Positions 42,235-52,473 of a DNA stretch of 64,000 nt are shown here, piece after piece. The translations under genes and the position numbers were made by a program. The notes below the pieces were generated by a model. That model ran no database searches. It was not told the origin of the DNA and saw nothing but the letters and a program-made list of their open reading frames with translations. The DNA is from an uncultured cyanobacterium (GTDB lineage: Bacteria; Cyanobacteriota; Cyanobacteriia; Cyanobacteriales; CAWUOF01): NCBI GenBank assembly GCA_963744145.1, contig CAVUSO010000001.1, positions 4,032,001 to 4,096,000 of the forward strand, in the 5' to 3' direction. How positions within the stretch are numbered: the stretch's first letter is position 1; each line of letters begins with the position of its first letter.

Positions 42235-43719
42235 ATGAACTATATTTACTGGCGAATTATTATACTTGTTTTAGCGGGAATTATTTTTGGACAACAAATT
42301 AGCACTGCACAACCAAAATTAATCAGTGACAATTCTGAAAGTGAAACCACACAGGACTTTTGGAATCAAGCTCAACAATTAATCCAGGATCGGATGACGA
42401 TCGTTGATCAAATTGAAAAAGTGATTACTGGTGCTGATTCCCATGCTCTACTCGTCGCTGATGGACAATTAACCTTACATCTCTTAGCAACCGATCGCTT
42501 TCTCAAACAATACTCTAACCGTCCTCAGCAGGTCTGTCAATCCTCAACCCCCTTCGACTCCGCTCAGGGTAAACTTTCCCAATTTTCCCCCCAACAACAA
42601 CAAGTTTACTGTAGTCTAGAAACATCCAATCAGGATTTAACTAAACTTAAACCATTATTAAGTAAACAATTACAACGACTTGCATCGATCGCACAAGTTT
42701 CCCAAAGTTCGGCTCAATCTACCTCGAATCATCCGGTAATTGGGAGAATTGCTAAAACACCTCGATCTAATGATCAACCTGTAATTCAACCAGCAATTGC
42801 TCCTCCTAAAACCGTCGCTCCGATCTTGCAAACAGTGAAACAAACGATCGCGCAAACTATCCCAGCTTTTCCGACTACTGCTAAATTTATTTATCCCGAA
42901 GAAATCGAGCAGTTAAATTATCGACAAAACTATGGACTATTGAGTAATGAACCTAATCTTTATGCTAAATTTTTACAAATTCCCAATACTGGGATCGTGC
43001 GGATTTTACCCGCAGAAATTTACCAGACCCCTACGGATACTGTCCCTAATCGCTTATCCCCTACTGTCGCACAACGCTTTCCCTTTGCACCATTATTAAC
43101 TTCAACATCAACTACATCTTCTACTTCAGAATTTATTCCCCGTCTTGCTCTCCAAATCACCGATCAGCAATTCCAAATGGTGCCCAATAATATCGACTAT
43201 GGTTTTATGATTGATTTGGGTGATGTACCATTAGAAAATTTTCAAACTCAAGGAGCGTCAGGAAAAAGTCCAACCTCGATCTTTGGAATTTTACCAGATC
43301 ATTTCCAAAAAGTTACCAAAATTTCCTCTTCTACCTTAGAATTTTTTTTAAATTATCAACCTCCTCAACAACTATATGCACTAGAAGAAGACCGGAATCG
43401 GTTTATAACTGGAAAACAACAATTTTTACCCCAGGGAGAAATCTTATTAAATCAAGTACCCGCATTTCTCAATCATACCTATTTAATGCGAACTCTGCAA
43501 TTTAAGCTTCCTGATTTTATTGTCACTGGTCAACCTTTATTAAGTGCCGATCGTCGCTATTTAAGTGTCTTACTCACCACTCCAAGTAGTGATCTGCTCC
43601 TGGCCTTTCGACCTGTTAACCAACGTGTCGATGGGAGTTATACTGTAATTTGGCGGATTTTGGGTAAATTCCCTGATCCCCAGATCCAAGATTTATATAA
43701 ATATGTCAAGTTTTACTAA
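42235..43719 (+). CDS. hypothetical exported protein
   Basis: Signal-peptide-like N-terminus; long ORF. Confidence 0.75.
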   Translation: MNYIYWRIIILVLAGIIFGQQISTAQPKLISDNSESETTQDFWNQAQQLIQDRMTIVDQIEKVITGADSHALLVADGQLTLHLLATDRFLKQYSNRPQQVCQSSTPFDSAQGKLSQFSPQQQQVYCSLETSNQDLTKLKPLLSKQLQRLASIAQVSQSSAQSTSNHPVIGRIAKTPRSNDQPVIQPAIAPPKTVAPILQTVKQTIAQTIPAFPTTAKFIYPEEIEQLNYRQNYGLLSNEPNLYAKFLQIPNTGIVRILPAEIYQTPTDTVPNRLSPTVAQRFPFAPLLTSTSTTSSTSEFIPRLALQITDQQFQMVPNNIDYGFMIDLGDVPLENFQTQGASGKSPTSIFGILPDHFQKVTKISSSTLEFFLNYQPPQQLYALEEDRNRFITGKQQFLPQGEILLNQVPAFLNHTYLMRTLQFKLPDFIVTGQPLLSADRRYLSVLLTTPSSDLLLAFRPVNQRVDGSYTVIWRILGKFPDPQIQDLYKYVKFY

Positions 43720-43725
43720 AAAAAT

Positions 43726-45123
43726 ATGAAAAAGCCAAATTTTGTGGTAGGAATTAGTTTAACGGTTGGGTTGGTAGTTACCCTAACTGGATGTGCAAAT
43801 ACACCGATCGGGAAATCGTTGGAGCAATCTTTAGCAGCAGATCCGCGATTAAAAGAAGAGAATAATCCAGTAGCTGCGAAAAAACCAGTTGACGATCCAG
43901 CAAATGTGAAAGTTACTCCCACAGAAGTAGCAGTAAAAATACCAGAAGATTTTCCCACTGAAATCCCCCAGTATGCTAATGCTAAATTATTAGAAAGCCG
44001 TGCTAATTTACCCAAAGGTGGTTATACTCGTTGGAGCAGTGATGATCCGAGCAATTTAATCGAGAATTTTTTTGAAAAACAGTTCCAAGATAATAATTGG
44101 AATATCGTCAGTAAGTCAAGTAAGCAACAGGTAGTAAATTTAATAGCTCATCGGGATAATTTAGAAGTGAAAGTAGAGATCGAACCGCGATCGCAGACGA
44201 ATAACTCAAGTCCAAGTTCAGTAACAACAGAATTCAGTCTGGAATATAGTCGAGATCAAAATCAAACAACAACTACTCAGTCTTTAGCTAAACCAGAGGT
44301 AAAAACATCTTCTAGTGGAACACCAGCACCAATCATCAAAGAATCACCAAATCCTAGTAAATCAATCAATAGCAATAAAATCCCCCAAGAATTGGCTAAG
44401 TATATCGAAGATTTAGAACAATTGGGAGTTTTTAGTACCACTTCAGCTGAATCAAAAAGTCAAGAAAGTGACCAGAGTAGATTAACCGAACCAAATAAAA
44501 ATATTACTCATCAAGAATATGCAAGATGGTTAATTACTGCTAATAATTTAATCTATGCTAATCGTCCATCCCAACAAATTCGGTTGGGTGGAGAAAATTC
44601 AGAACCAGTATTTAAAGATGTACCGCGATCGCACCCAGATTTTCCAGTAATTCAAGGTTTAGCAGAAGCAGGAATTATTCCTAGTGCTTTAAGTGGTGAC
44701 TCAACTATAGTTAATTTTTCTCCCGATGCTAATTTAACGAGGGAAGAATTAATTACATGGAAAATACCTCTAGATAATCGTAAATCCTTACCTAGTGCAA
44801 CAGTAGATGCGGTCCAACAAACCTGGGGTTTTCAAGACACCGCAAAAATTAGCCCGAAAGCATTACGAAGTATATTAGCAGATTATCAAAATGGAGACTT
44901 AGCCAATATCCGTCGTGCTTTTGGGTTTACAGCACTGTTTCAACCCAAAAAATTCGTCAGTCGAGCAGAAGCGGCAGCTACTTTATGGTATTTTGGAATG
45001 CAGGGTGACGGACTATCTGCTCAAGATGCTTTACAAGCAAAGCGTCAATCTAGTCAACCCTCAGCAACACCAACACCAACACCAACACCAACAACAACAC
45101 CAACACCTTCGGTCAGTCCTTAA
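43726..45123 (+). CDS. S-layer homology (SLH) domain lipoprotein
   Basis: Lipobox LTGC; FKDVPRSHPDFPVIQGLAEAGII SLH; PT-repeat tail. Confidence 0.88.
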   Translation: MKKPNFVVGISLTVGLVVTLTGCANTPIGKSLEQSLAADPRLKEENNPVAAKKPVDDPANVKVTPTEVAVKIPEDFPTEIPQYANAKLLESRANLPKGGYTRWSSDDPSNLIENFFEKQFQDNNWNIVSKSSKQQVVNLIAHRDNLEVKVEIEPRSQTNNSSPSSVTTEFSLEYSRDQNQTTTTQSLAKPEVKTSSSGTPAPIIKESPNPSKSINSNKIPQELAKYIEDLEQLGVFSTTSAESKSQESDQSRLTEPNKNITHQEYARWLITANNLIYANRPSQQIRLGGENSEPVFKDVPRSHPDFPVIQGLAEAGIIPSALSGDSTIVNFSPDANLTREELITWKIPLDNRKSLPSATVDAVQQTWGFQDTAKISPKALRSILADYQNGDLANIRRAFGFTALFQPKKFVSRAEAAATLWYFGMQGDGLSAQDALQAKRQSSQPSATPTPTPTPTTTPTPSVSP

Positions 45124-46191
45124 ATGTCTTTATTAGATTTTGACCATCTTTTTGCAACGATTGAAGAATTAGTGCTACACCATTCTCCTAGTGGTGTGGA
45201 AACAGAGATTGATCAACTATTGATCACTAAATTTACAGCATTAGGAGTTAAAGTTTGGCTGGATGGAGCTGGAAATGCGATCGCGAAAATTCCTGGAAAA
45301 GATCCAAATCGAGCGATCGCGATTACTGGACATAAAGATGAAATTGGTGGAATTGTCAAAACCATCGGTAGTCACGGAAAGGTTCAAGTGCGGAAGTTAG
45401 GGGGTTCCTTTCCTTGGGTATATGGAGAAGGAGTAGTTGATTTATTAGGAGATCACCAGACTATTTCGGGAATACTCAGTTTTGGTTCTCGTCACGTTTC
45501 CCATGAATCTCCCCAAAAAGTGCAACAGGAAGATGCTCCCTTAACCTGGGAAAATGTCTGGGTCGAAACTAAATTAACCCAGAAAGAACTAGAGGAAGCA
45601 GGGATTCGTCCAGGAACAAGGATGGTAGTCGGTAAACATCGCAAGCGACCCCTGCGCTTAAAAGATTTTATTGCCAGCTATACTTTAGATAATAAAGCTG
45701 CTGTGGCAATTTTGCTGGCTTTAGCCCAAATGGTCAAAGCACCAGAAGTTGATATTTATTTAGTCGCTTCTGCTAAAGAAGAAGTAGGTGCGATTGGCGC
45801 TCTCTATTTTACCGCCAGACAGCAACTTGAAGCCTTAATTGCTTTAGAAATTTCTCCCTTAGCACCCGAGTACCCGATTCAAGATGGCTCAATTCCAGTT
45901 TTACTCTCCCAGGATGGTTATGGAATCTATGATGAGGGATTAAATCAGGAATTACAACAAGCAGCCCAGCAAGCTAACGTTCCAATCCAAATGGCTGTAA
46001 TTAGTAGTTTTGGGAGTGATGGGTCGCTCGCGATGAAATTTGGTCATGTAGCTCGAGCTGCTTGTTTGGGTTTTCCGACTCAAAATACCCATGGTTATGA
46101 AATTGCCCATTTAGGAGCGATCGCGAACTGTGCCCGGATTCTCTCTGCTTATTGTCAATCCTTGACCCCAGATCCAGCTAAAAAATTTTGA
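45124..46191 (+). CDS. M42 family metallopeptidase
   Basis: HSPSG.E, GHKDEIG, LDNK, EEVG, NTHGYE. Confidence 0.9.
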   Translation: MSLLDFDHLFATIEELVLHHSPSGVETEIDQLLITKFTALGVKVWLDGAGNAIAKIPGKDPNRAIAITGHKDEIGGIVKTIGSHGKVQVRKLGGSFPWVYGEGVVDLLGDHQTISGILSFGSRHVSHESPQKVQQEDAPLTWENVWVETKLTQKELEEAGIRPGTRMVVGKHRKRPLRLKDFIASYTLDNKAAVAILLALAQMVKAPEVDIYLVASAKEEVGAIGALYFTARQQLEALIALEISPLAPEYPIQDGSIPVLLSQDGYGIYDEGLNQELQQAAQQANVPIQMAVISSFGSDGSLAMKFGHVARAACLGFPTQNTHGYEIAHLGAIANCARILSAYCQSLTPDPAKKF

Positions 46192-46210
46192 AATTTTTTT
46201 GATTTAAGTA

Positions 46211-46239
46211 TTGACAACTCAGAATAGATTAGTTACATT
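46211..46239 (+). promoter_or_regulatory. tRNA promoter
   Basis: TTGACA-17 nt-TACATT. Confidence 0.75.
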
Positions 46240-46260
46240 AATAAAGTTGCAAATAACTAA

Positions 46261-46333
46261 GCCCCCATCGTCTAGAGGCCTAGGACACCTCCCTTTCACG
46301 GAGGCGACGGGGATTCGAATTCCCCTGGGGGTA
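46261..46333 (+). tRNA. trnE: tRNA-Glu (UUC)
   Basis: Cloverleaf: acceptor GCCCCCA/TGGGGGT, anticodon stem CCTCC-CTTTCAC-GGAGG, TTCGAAT T-loop. Confidence 0.97.
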
Positions 46334-46392
46334 TTATTAAAAATATGTTGTTGGCTTTTAGAGATCTAAAAATCAACAACATGTTTTTGCAT

Positions 46393-46775
46393 GTAGGGGT
46401 GAAGCATTCGGGCGACAATTGAACAATCCAGGTTTACCCTGAGTTTACCCTGAGCGTAGTCGAAGGGCAGCAATATTAGATCCGAATGCTTCACCCTGCT
46501 TTTGCGCCGAGCTCCCCAAAAATATTCTTAACTGAATGGATTTTAATATTATAGTTGATCTGTTGGTTGCATAGATGGTGAGGGCAAAGCATTTCGGTAA
46601 TATTATTCTTCCCTTCGACTTCGCCCCCTTCGACTTCGCCCTTCGACTACGCTCAGGGTAAACTCAGGGCAAGCTTCGACTTCGCCCTTCGACTTCGCTC
46701 AGGGTAAACTCAGGGAACACTCAGGGTAAACATTTAAGCCATCATTTATTTGCCGAAATGCGAAAGCCCCTACAG
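46393..46775. repeat. REP-like elements carrying nested copies of a ~24-nt mini-element
   Basis: GTAGGGGTGAAGCATTCGG..CCGAATGCTTCACCC; repeated CCCTTCGACTWCGC and CTCAGGGTAAAC pieces. Confidence 0.9.
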
Positions 46776-46874
46776 TTAATTTTCACCAAAAATACCATCT
46801 AAATGAGAATGGGCGTATCCATATACGCCCAGACTGATATACCAGTAATTGAGCAATCCTACCGAAACATCCCA

Positions 46875-47534
46875 TTACACACTTAATGAACCCTTGGTTT
46901 GGAGATAAGCAAAAACTGATTTATCTCCAATATCAAGTGGAATTGCCATAAAAACTTTCCGCAGAGCAAAAACTAAAAACAAAATTGCCCATAGTGCTAA
47001 AAGAATCTGTTCCATTTCTGCTGACAAAAATCCGGTTAAATGACCCAGTAGTAAAATTGGCACTAAGGGAGTGAGAATTTTTGTTTCTAAGTGATTGAAG
47101 CAAAAAGCTTCTTTAAAATAAATTCCCGTCAAAGCAACAAAAGTAAACCCAATCCCAAATAGGGTCATCGGGTGCTGATAAACCTCTAATATTAGGGGGT
47201 CACTACTGACCCCAACTAGAGCGATCGCTGCGATTCCCCCAATGATCCAAAAAACTTGGAGTAGTCGGTGTAAAATAGCCAAATAAATATGGATGGTGAG
47301 CAAACTTACCCCAATGGACAACCAAAAACTAGCATACAGAGGCGTCAGCAGAGATAAAATTGTTTGATTATCACCATCCCAAAATACTAAAATTGTACCG
47401 ATGGCAAAGCTAAATGCCGCTATGATCAAACTAGCCCGGTAAATTATTACACCAGTGCGATCGCTTGTCGTAATGGTAAATTCACCAAACTGACCTTGGT
47501 AAACCTCTGGTTCCAAATGCTGCGATTGCGTCAT
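46875..47534 (-). CDS. DUF2301 membrane protein
   Basis: YQGQFGEFTI, IHIY, FKEAFCF, DIGDKSVF. Confidence 0.85.
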   Translation of the reverse strand: MTQSQHLEPEVYQGQFGEFTITTSDRTGVIIYRASLIIAAFSFAIGTILVFWDGDNQTILSLLTPLYASFWLSIGVSLLTIHIYLAILHRLLQVFWIIGGIAAIALVGVSSDPLILEVYQHPMTLFGIGFTFVALTGIYFKEAFCFNHLETKILTPLVPILLLGHLTGFLSAEMEQILLALWAILFLVFALRKVFMAIPLDIGDKSVFAYLQTKGSLSV

Positions 47535-47611
47535 ATTCTGTTTTCATCCCTAAACGAATACTACTTTCACAATATACTTTAGCCCATAATTTTGGACAAG
47601 AGAGGAATTTT

Positions 47612-48226
47612 ATGTCTAAATCCGATCAACGCTCAAAAAATAACAAGGTAATCCCTAAGACCGAACAAGTAATGATTATTGATGAAATTGTCGAAGGACG
47701 AGTAGAAAGAACAGGAAATAGAAATTTAAAACTTCATTTAATCGATTGGTTAGAAAAGATTCAATTTCTAGAAGAAGATGATGAAGATGAACAAGAAATG
47801 GATGAGGAAGAGTTAAAAGAACTAGAAGCTCAAGAAAATAGAATCCAAACTATTATTGGTTCTGAAGATTTGGAAGTTACTGAAGACACTCTGAAAACTT
47901 ATCTCAATTATCTCCACCAAAAAATTCACCATCCTTGTTACTTAACGGGTATTGATGAGTTTGAATGGGAAGAATATTATATCTTTGGTTCTGGGACTAA
48001 AAAAGAATATGAAAAACTGAAGAAAAATCGTCCATCTTACACAGATATTTTTAAACTGCTCATCTTGAAAGCGGGAAATATAGATGAAGGAATTATGATT
48101 GAAGTTGAACGAGAATCAGATCAGAAAAAATTTACCATTCCTTTAGCACCTCTGGAAGTAACAGACGAAAATTCAGCCAATTATGAATTAATTGATGATT
48201 ATTCAGTTTGGTTTTTCAATTACTGA
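47612..48226 (+). CDS. acidic protein, possibly CcbP-like calcium-binding protein
   Basis: D/E-rich; IPLAPLEV..NYELIDDYSVWF C-terminus. Confidence 0.6.
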   Translation: MSKSDQRSKNNKVIPKTEQVMIIDEIVEGRVERTGNRNLKLHLIDWLEKIQFLEEDDEDEQEMDEEELKELEAQENRIQTIIGSEDLEVTEDTLKTYLNYLHQKIHHPCYLTGIDEFEWEEYYIFGSGTKKEYEKLKKNRPSYTDIFKLLILKAGNIDEGIMIEVERESDQKKFTIPLAPLEVTDENSANYELIDDYSVWFFNY

Positions 48227-49011
48227 GCAATGATTACTTGCACTGACATTCCTAACTCTAATTTTAGTTGTAATTGAGCATTACCTCCATTGACAGCTAT
48301 TTCTACCCAACCATGACTACCAATTAAAGCTAAAAGATGTCCTTGGGGATGATCGCTATAGGTATCAGCTCTTGGGATAGTTATTCCTGCGATCACCACC
48401 CACCAGGTTTGTGGTTGAACTAGATCCCCAGGAATGTTAGTAACTAAGTTACCAAAATGATCGATATACTGAATCGAACCCTCAATCAAGTTTTCGGTTT
48501 GACTATATTCAGGAATCGGTAATTTTACTAAAGTTTGGTCATCGATCGCTGTTCCTAATTCTGTTAACAAAATACCACTAGCTAAATGTGCTGCGATCGG
48601 AGCAAAAATATCTCTTCCGTGAAAAGTTGCACTCGGTTGAGCCGATCGCCAATAATTAGAATTAGTTAGTTCTACTGCTGTAATGATTGGTACTGTTGTT
48701 AATATCCCACTAAATAAACCATTATCCGGTCCAACTAGAAAACCAGTATTTGTCTGAATTGCGATCGCTCTTCTCTGACTACCAACTCCGGGATCAACTA
48801 CTGCTAAATGTACAGTTCCTGCTGGAAAATAAGGATAGCTATTCATCAAATTAAACCTAGCTGCTGCCATATTCTGGGCAGGAATTTGATGAGTTAAATC
48901 AATTACTTTTAAGGTGGGATTAATTTGAGCAATGACACCTTTCATTATCCCCACATAGCTATCACTCAACCCAAAATCACTTAAAAAAGTAATTAGCCGA
49001 TTATTAGCCAT
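48220..49011 (-). CDS. SAM hydroxide adenosyltransferase (chlorinase/fluorinase, DUF62) family
   Basis: LSDFG..D.YVG.MKG, VVDPGVGS, TFHGRDIF, IDHFGN. Confidence 0.92.
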   Translation of the reverse strand: MANNRLITFLSDFGLSDSYVGIMKGVIAQINPTLKVIDLTHQIPAQNMAAARFNLMNSYPYFPAGTVHLAVVDPGVGSQRRAIAIQTNTGFLVGPDNGLFSGILTTVPIITAVELTNSNYWRSAQPSATFHGRDIFAPIAAHLASGILLTELGTAIDDQTLVKLPIPEYSQTENLIEGSIQYIDHFGNLVTNIPGDLVQPQTWWVVIAGITIPRADTYSDHPQGHLLALIGSHGWVEIAVNGGNAQLQLKLELGMSVQVIIAQ

Positions 49012-49052
49012 TAAAAACTACCATTATCTCTGATTAATGGGTTCAATTAAAT

Positions 49053-50789
49053 TCAATTGGAGCTGTTAATTGCTTGTTTCAATTGAGTAGAAGTCAGCGA
49101 TCGGATTAAGGTGACTGGTAGGGGTTCGCGACTGACAGTTTTCACATAAGATTCTTGTAAGTAACGTTGGTATTCCGGGCGATCGGCAATATATTTTTCA
49201 AAAAAAGGTACAGCCAAAACATCCATATAGTAACGCGCTAATTCTGGTGATTCACCAAGGGCAGAATCAGGGACGGGCCAACTCCCGGATGCTGATGCTG
49301 GTTCATTCGGATCAGATTCAATCAGAGTAGAAAAATGCGTACCATTTTTCATGATCAAGAGATACTTTTCTGGTGTCGTTATCGTGGTGAAAGGTTCAAT
49401 TTGTTCTAGTAAAGCTGGTGCGATCGTATCGGCTCCTCCTGCAATCATCATCACTGGAATATTAATTTTTCCCAGTTGCTCTGGTCAAAATAGGCTCCCA
49501 TTCATGGGATTAATCACAAATATCGCTTTAACTCTTTCATCTTGCAAATTATATTGTTCTGGTGGTAACTCCAGAGCGCGACATTGAAGTAATAACGATA
49601 AATTCCAAGATTGGTCTTCGAGCAAACATACTTTTTGTAAGTAATCAAAATTTAGTTTTGCTCCTGCTAAAGCTAAGGCTGTATAGCCACCGAATGACTG
49701 ACCAATTACCCCAATTTTATCTAAATTCAACTTATTTTGAAATAAGGGATTAGATTGATTCCAACGAGTTAATTCATCAATTAAATATTTAATATCTAAA
49801 GGTCGATCAATAAATTCTGACGGTTGGGTAAGTTCGCTCGCCCGACCTGCTGCTAATGCTTCAATTTGTTTAGCATCGCTTCCAGGATGTTGAGGTACAG
49901 CTACCGCAAACCCATAGGAAGCTAAATGTTGGGCTAAATAGCTAAAAGTAATGCGACTGGAACCTAACCCATGGGAAATTACCAAGATCGGGGCTGTTTC
50001 CTGGGCATTTAATTGGGGCATATAAATATCAACCGGAAAAACTCTGGCTCCTGATGACGTCCCAGGCATCTGGCGATTATGATCAGTAAGAGTCAGAGTT
50101 TCTTTTTTCCATAGATAAGGACCATTTTCACCTGGATCGGGCAAATTAGCTAATCCTGGAGCAAGAGCAACTTCAGTTGCAGCAATTTTTTCCAATCCAG
50201 CGATCGCCCGATTGGTTTGATTGATCAGATTACTAAGGTCTCCTACTAAAGCTAACGCTTTTCCCACATCAATCCTCATCCCCTGGGTCGGAAATTTGCG
50301 GAGAGTATTGAGAGGAGTTAGACCTTCGGGAGAAGCAGCTGCTAAAATCAAAGCTGCACGAATTGCATGGGAACCAGGTTGACGAGCTTGGGACTGAATT
50401 ACTTGACCCAATCTTTTGAGTAAAATTTCTCCCTGTGCGGTATAAAGGAACTGAGATATAGCTACCGCATTTAGATCGGCACGAGATACTAAAATCTGGC
50501 GGACCTGTTGGAGTTGGGCTGGGGTTAAATAGGGAGCATAAGCAGCCAAATTTTCATCCATCTCTCCAGTTTTGGCATATTTTTCTAAAGCCTCCACAGA
50601 AATGGAACGTTCAAAAGCTGAATAATTAATATATATCCGTTCCGCAGCGATCGCTGGGCTTATTAAAGAAATTGGTAATAGAAAAAAACACCAAGAAAGA
50701 AGATTTTTTCTAACTTGGTTGTGATGATTAATGGCTGGCTTTGGCTGAGGTTTAACAGAGCCATTTTTGGTCGAACTCAGACAGTTCAT
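49053..50789 (-). pseudogene. DUF1400 alpha/beta hydrolase with one in-frame TGA at 49485-49487
   Basis: SHGLGS, GQSFGG; the frame continues after TGA (GSLF*PEQLGKINIPVMMIAGG..GTHFS). Confidence 0.85.
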
Positions 50790-50862
50790 TCCTAATATTC
50801 TCCGAGAAATCTAATAGGTAGCTAATGGCTAATGACCATTAACCATTAGCCATCAACTTTAA

Positions 50863-51174
50863 TTAGTCTGGATTAGATTCGGGGAAATGGTTGCGAATTT
50901 GTTCAGCTTCGGGACAATCATCAGAAACTAAGGGTTCAATATTACCTCTGGTCACAGAAGCAAGTTTCTGACTTACTGCACCAATGCTTTCTAAGCGAAC
51001 CAATTCTTCCCACGAAGCGATTTCGTCTTCTTCGTCTGTTTCATACCGTAAGGTTACTAAATCTCCCTCAATATCAATGATCCGAGCTTGTTCGATCCAG
51101 CGTTGCTGGTCCCGCAAGAAAATACATACCTCACGACCCTCACAACAGAGTTGATAAATCTTGCGGTGTAGCAT
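50863..51174 (-). CDS. DUF6679-like conserved cyanobacterial protein
   Basis: MLHRKIYQLCCEGREVCIFLRDQQRWIE. Confidence 0.8.
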   Translation of the reverse strand: MLHRKIYQLCCEGREVCIFLRDQQRWIEQARIIDIEGDLVTLRYETDEEDEIASWEELVRLESIGAVSQKLASVTRGNIEPLVSDDCPEAEQIRNHFPESNPD

Positions 51175-51612
51175 GGGTTGCTTCTCCTGAGCAGATAAAT
51201 TTATCAATTGCTTTATTTAATGTCTCATTAGCCGACGGGGTGAACAGCAGTTCTTCCTAGTCCCAGATACATGATCCGGTGTTGCGGACATAGCTGGGTT
51301 TGAGCTGGGATGTTAATGTATAGCTCAATTATCCCATGCCACAGTTGCCATTTCACGGTTATTTTGAACAATTGAGGTGAAAAATGGGCAATGTGATCAT
51401 AAATGCTTACTGCCCGCAGATAGTTTGATGCTGCTACTTTAATTTGACAGTTTAACTGGAAATGCCACCATTAGTTATTTTATTTTTGTTACTGATTTGT
51501 TTTGGCATATGATTCGGTAGGTAGTCGGTGTCCCGGCAAGACTGCATAGTCTTAATTATATCATAACTTTAAAATCAGAAAATTTCTGAGAACCTTGACC
51601 AAAGGTCTAAGG

Positions 51613-51755
51613 AAAAAGTCCGCCCATGATGGACGGACTTTCTACCTAATTGATGTTTCCCACGGATAGCTAAGTTTGCCAACGACAGCAATGGTTTTCA
51701 CTTTTTTGTCTCCAAAATTTTTCAGGTTTTGGATGGGAATGGGATGGAGTTGACG
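51613..51755 (-). ncRNA. PsrR1(SyR1)-like sRNA
   Basis: GGCAAAC.UAG.UAU..GGAAAC core and GUCCGUCCAU-C-AUGGGCGGAC-UUUUU terminator; TACACT -10 at 51762-51767; similarity recalled from memory. Confidence 0.5.
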
Positions 51756-51962
51756 TGGCAGAGTGTAGATGCACCCCTGTTTAGGGGTTAAGGATGCGTT
51801 ACAGTAACAAAGCTATCTAGTTCAGGGCTTTTGACAGCAGTGCGATCGGGGAAAAAATAGCAACTCTCAAAACCAATAGGGTAAATTTTAATTTAGTAAT
51901 ACTGAGAGTAAGTTGAGATCGACCAACTTGGGGCAAAAAATCACCGATGGATTGGCCTAAAT

Positions 51963-52169
51963 TTAGGTAAGTTCCGCAACGATCATGTTAATGGTTCCAT
52001 GAGCTTCGCGTTCAATTTCACCTGTATTCACAGCTTGAAAGAGATGGGCTAGGGCATCTAGATCACAGGACTGACAGACTTTCATCGCCAAGACTTGACG
52101 AATCAGACCTTCAGATTCCACACTAAGACACCCAGTTTGAAAAGCAGATTGTACCAGTGTGCGAATCAT
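51963..52169 (-). CDS. small conserved cyanobacterial protein
   Basis: MIRTLVQSAFQTGCLSVESEGLIRQVL. Confidence 0.7.
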   Translation of the reverse strand: MIRTLVQSAFQTGCLSVESEGLIRQVLAMKVCQSCDLDALAHLFQAVNTGEIEREAHGTINMIVAELT

Positions 52170-52473
52170 AACAATTTCAGCATCCTTAACGCATTAATTG
52201 TTATTTTCTATCTTAAACGCTTATTTCTTTTCGTAATTGATAAAGATCTGAACAATCCTGTGATTCTGATCAGGTCAATAAAGTGATGAAAATCACTGAC
52301 AATGAAGATCAGGTAATATAAGTACAGATTGATCGGTGATCTACCCAGCTCAGATGACCAAGGCCAATCAATAGATAAAAAAGCGCACGCCCATGAGAAA
52401 ATAGGCACAGGATCATCTGAGCTGGGATAACTTTATGTCGATTGGTTGTTGTTGATGGTGAGGAAAGAAGAGA

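Noticed and set aside
45064..45108. CAACAC-type tandem repeat
   Set aside because: Ordinary Pro-Thr low-complexity coding tail
46261..46333. tRNA-Glu as an island integration site
   Set aside because: No duplicated tRNA 3' end or integrase seen in the window
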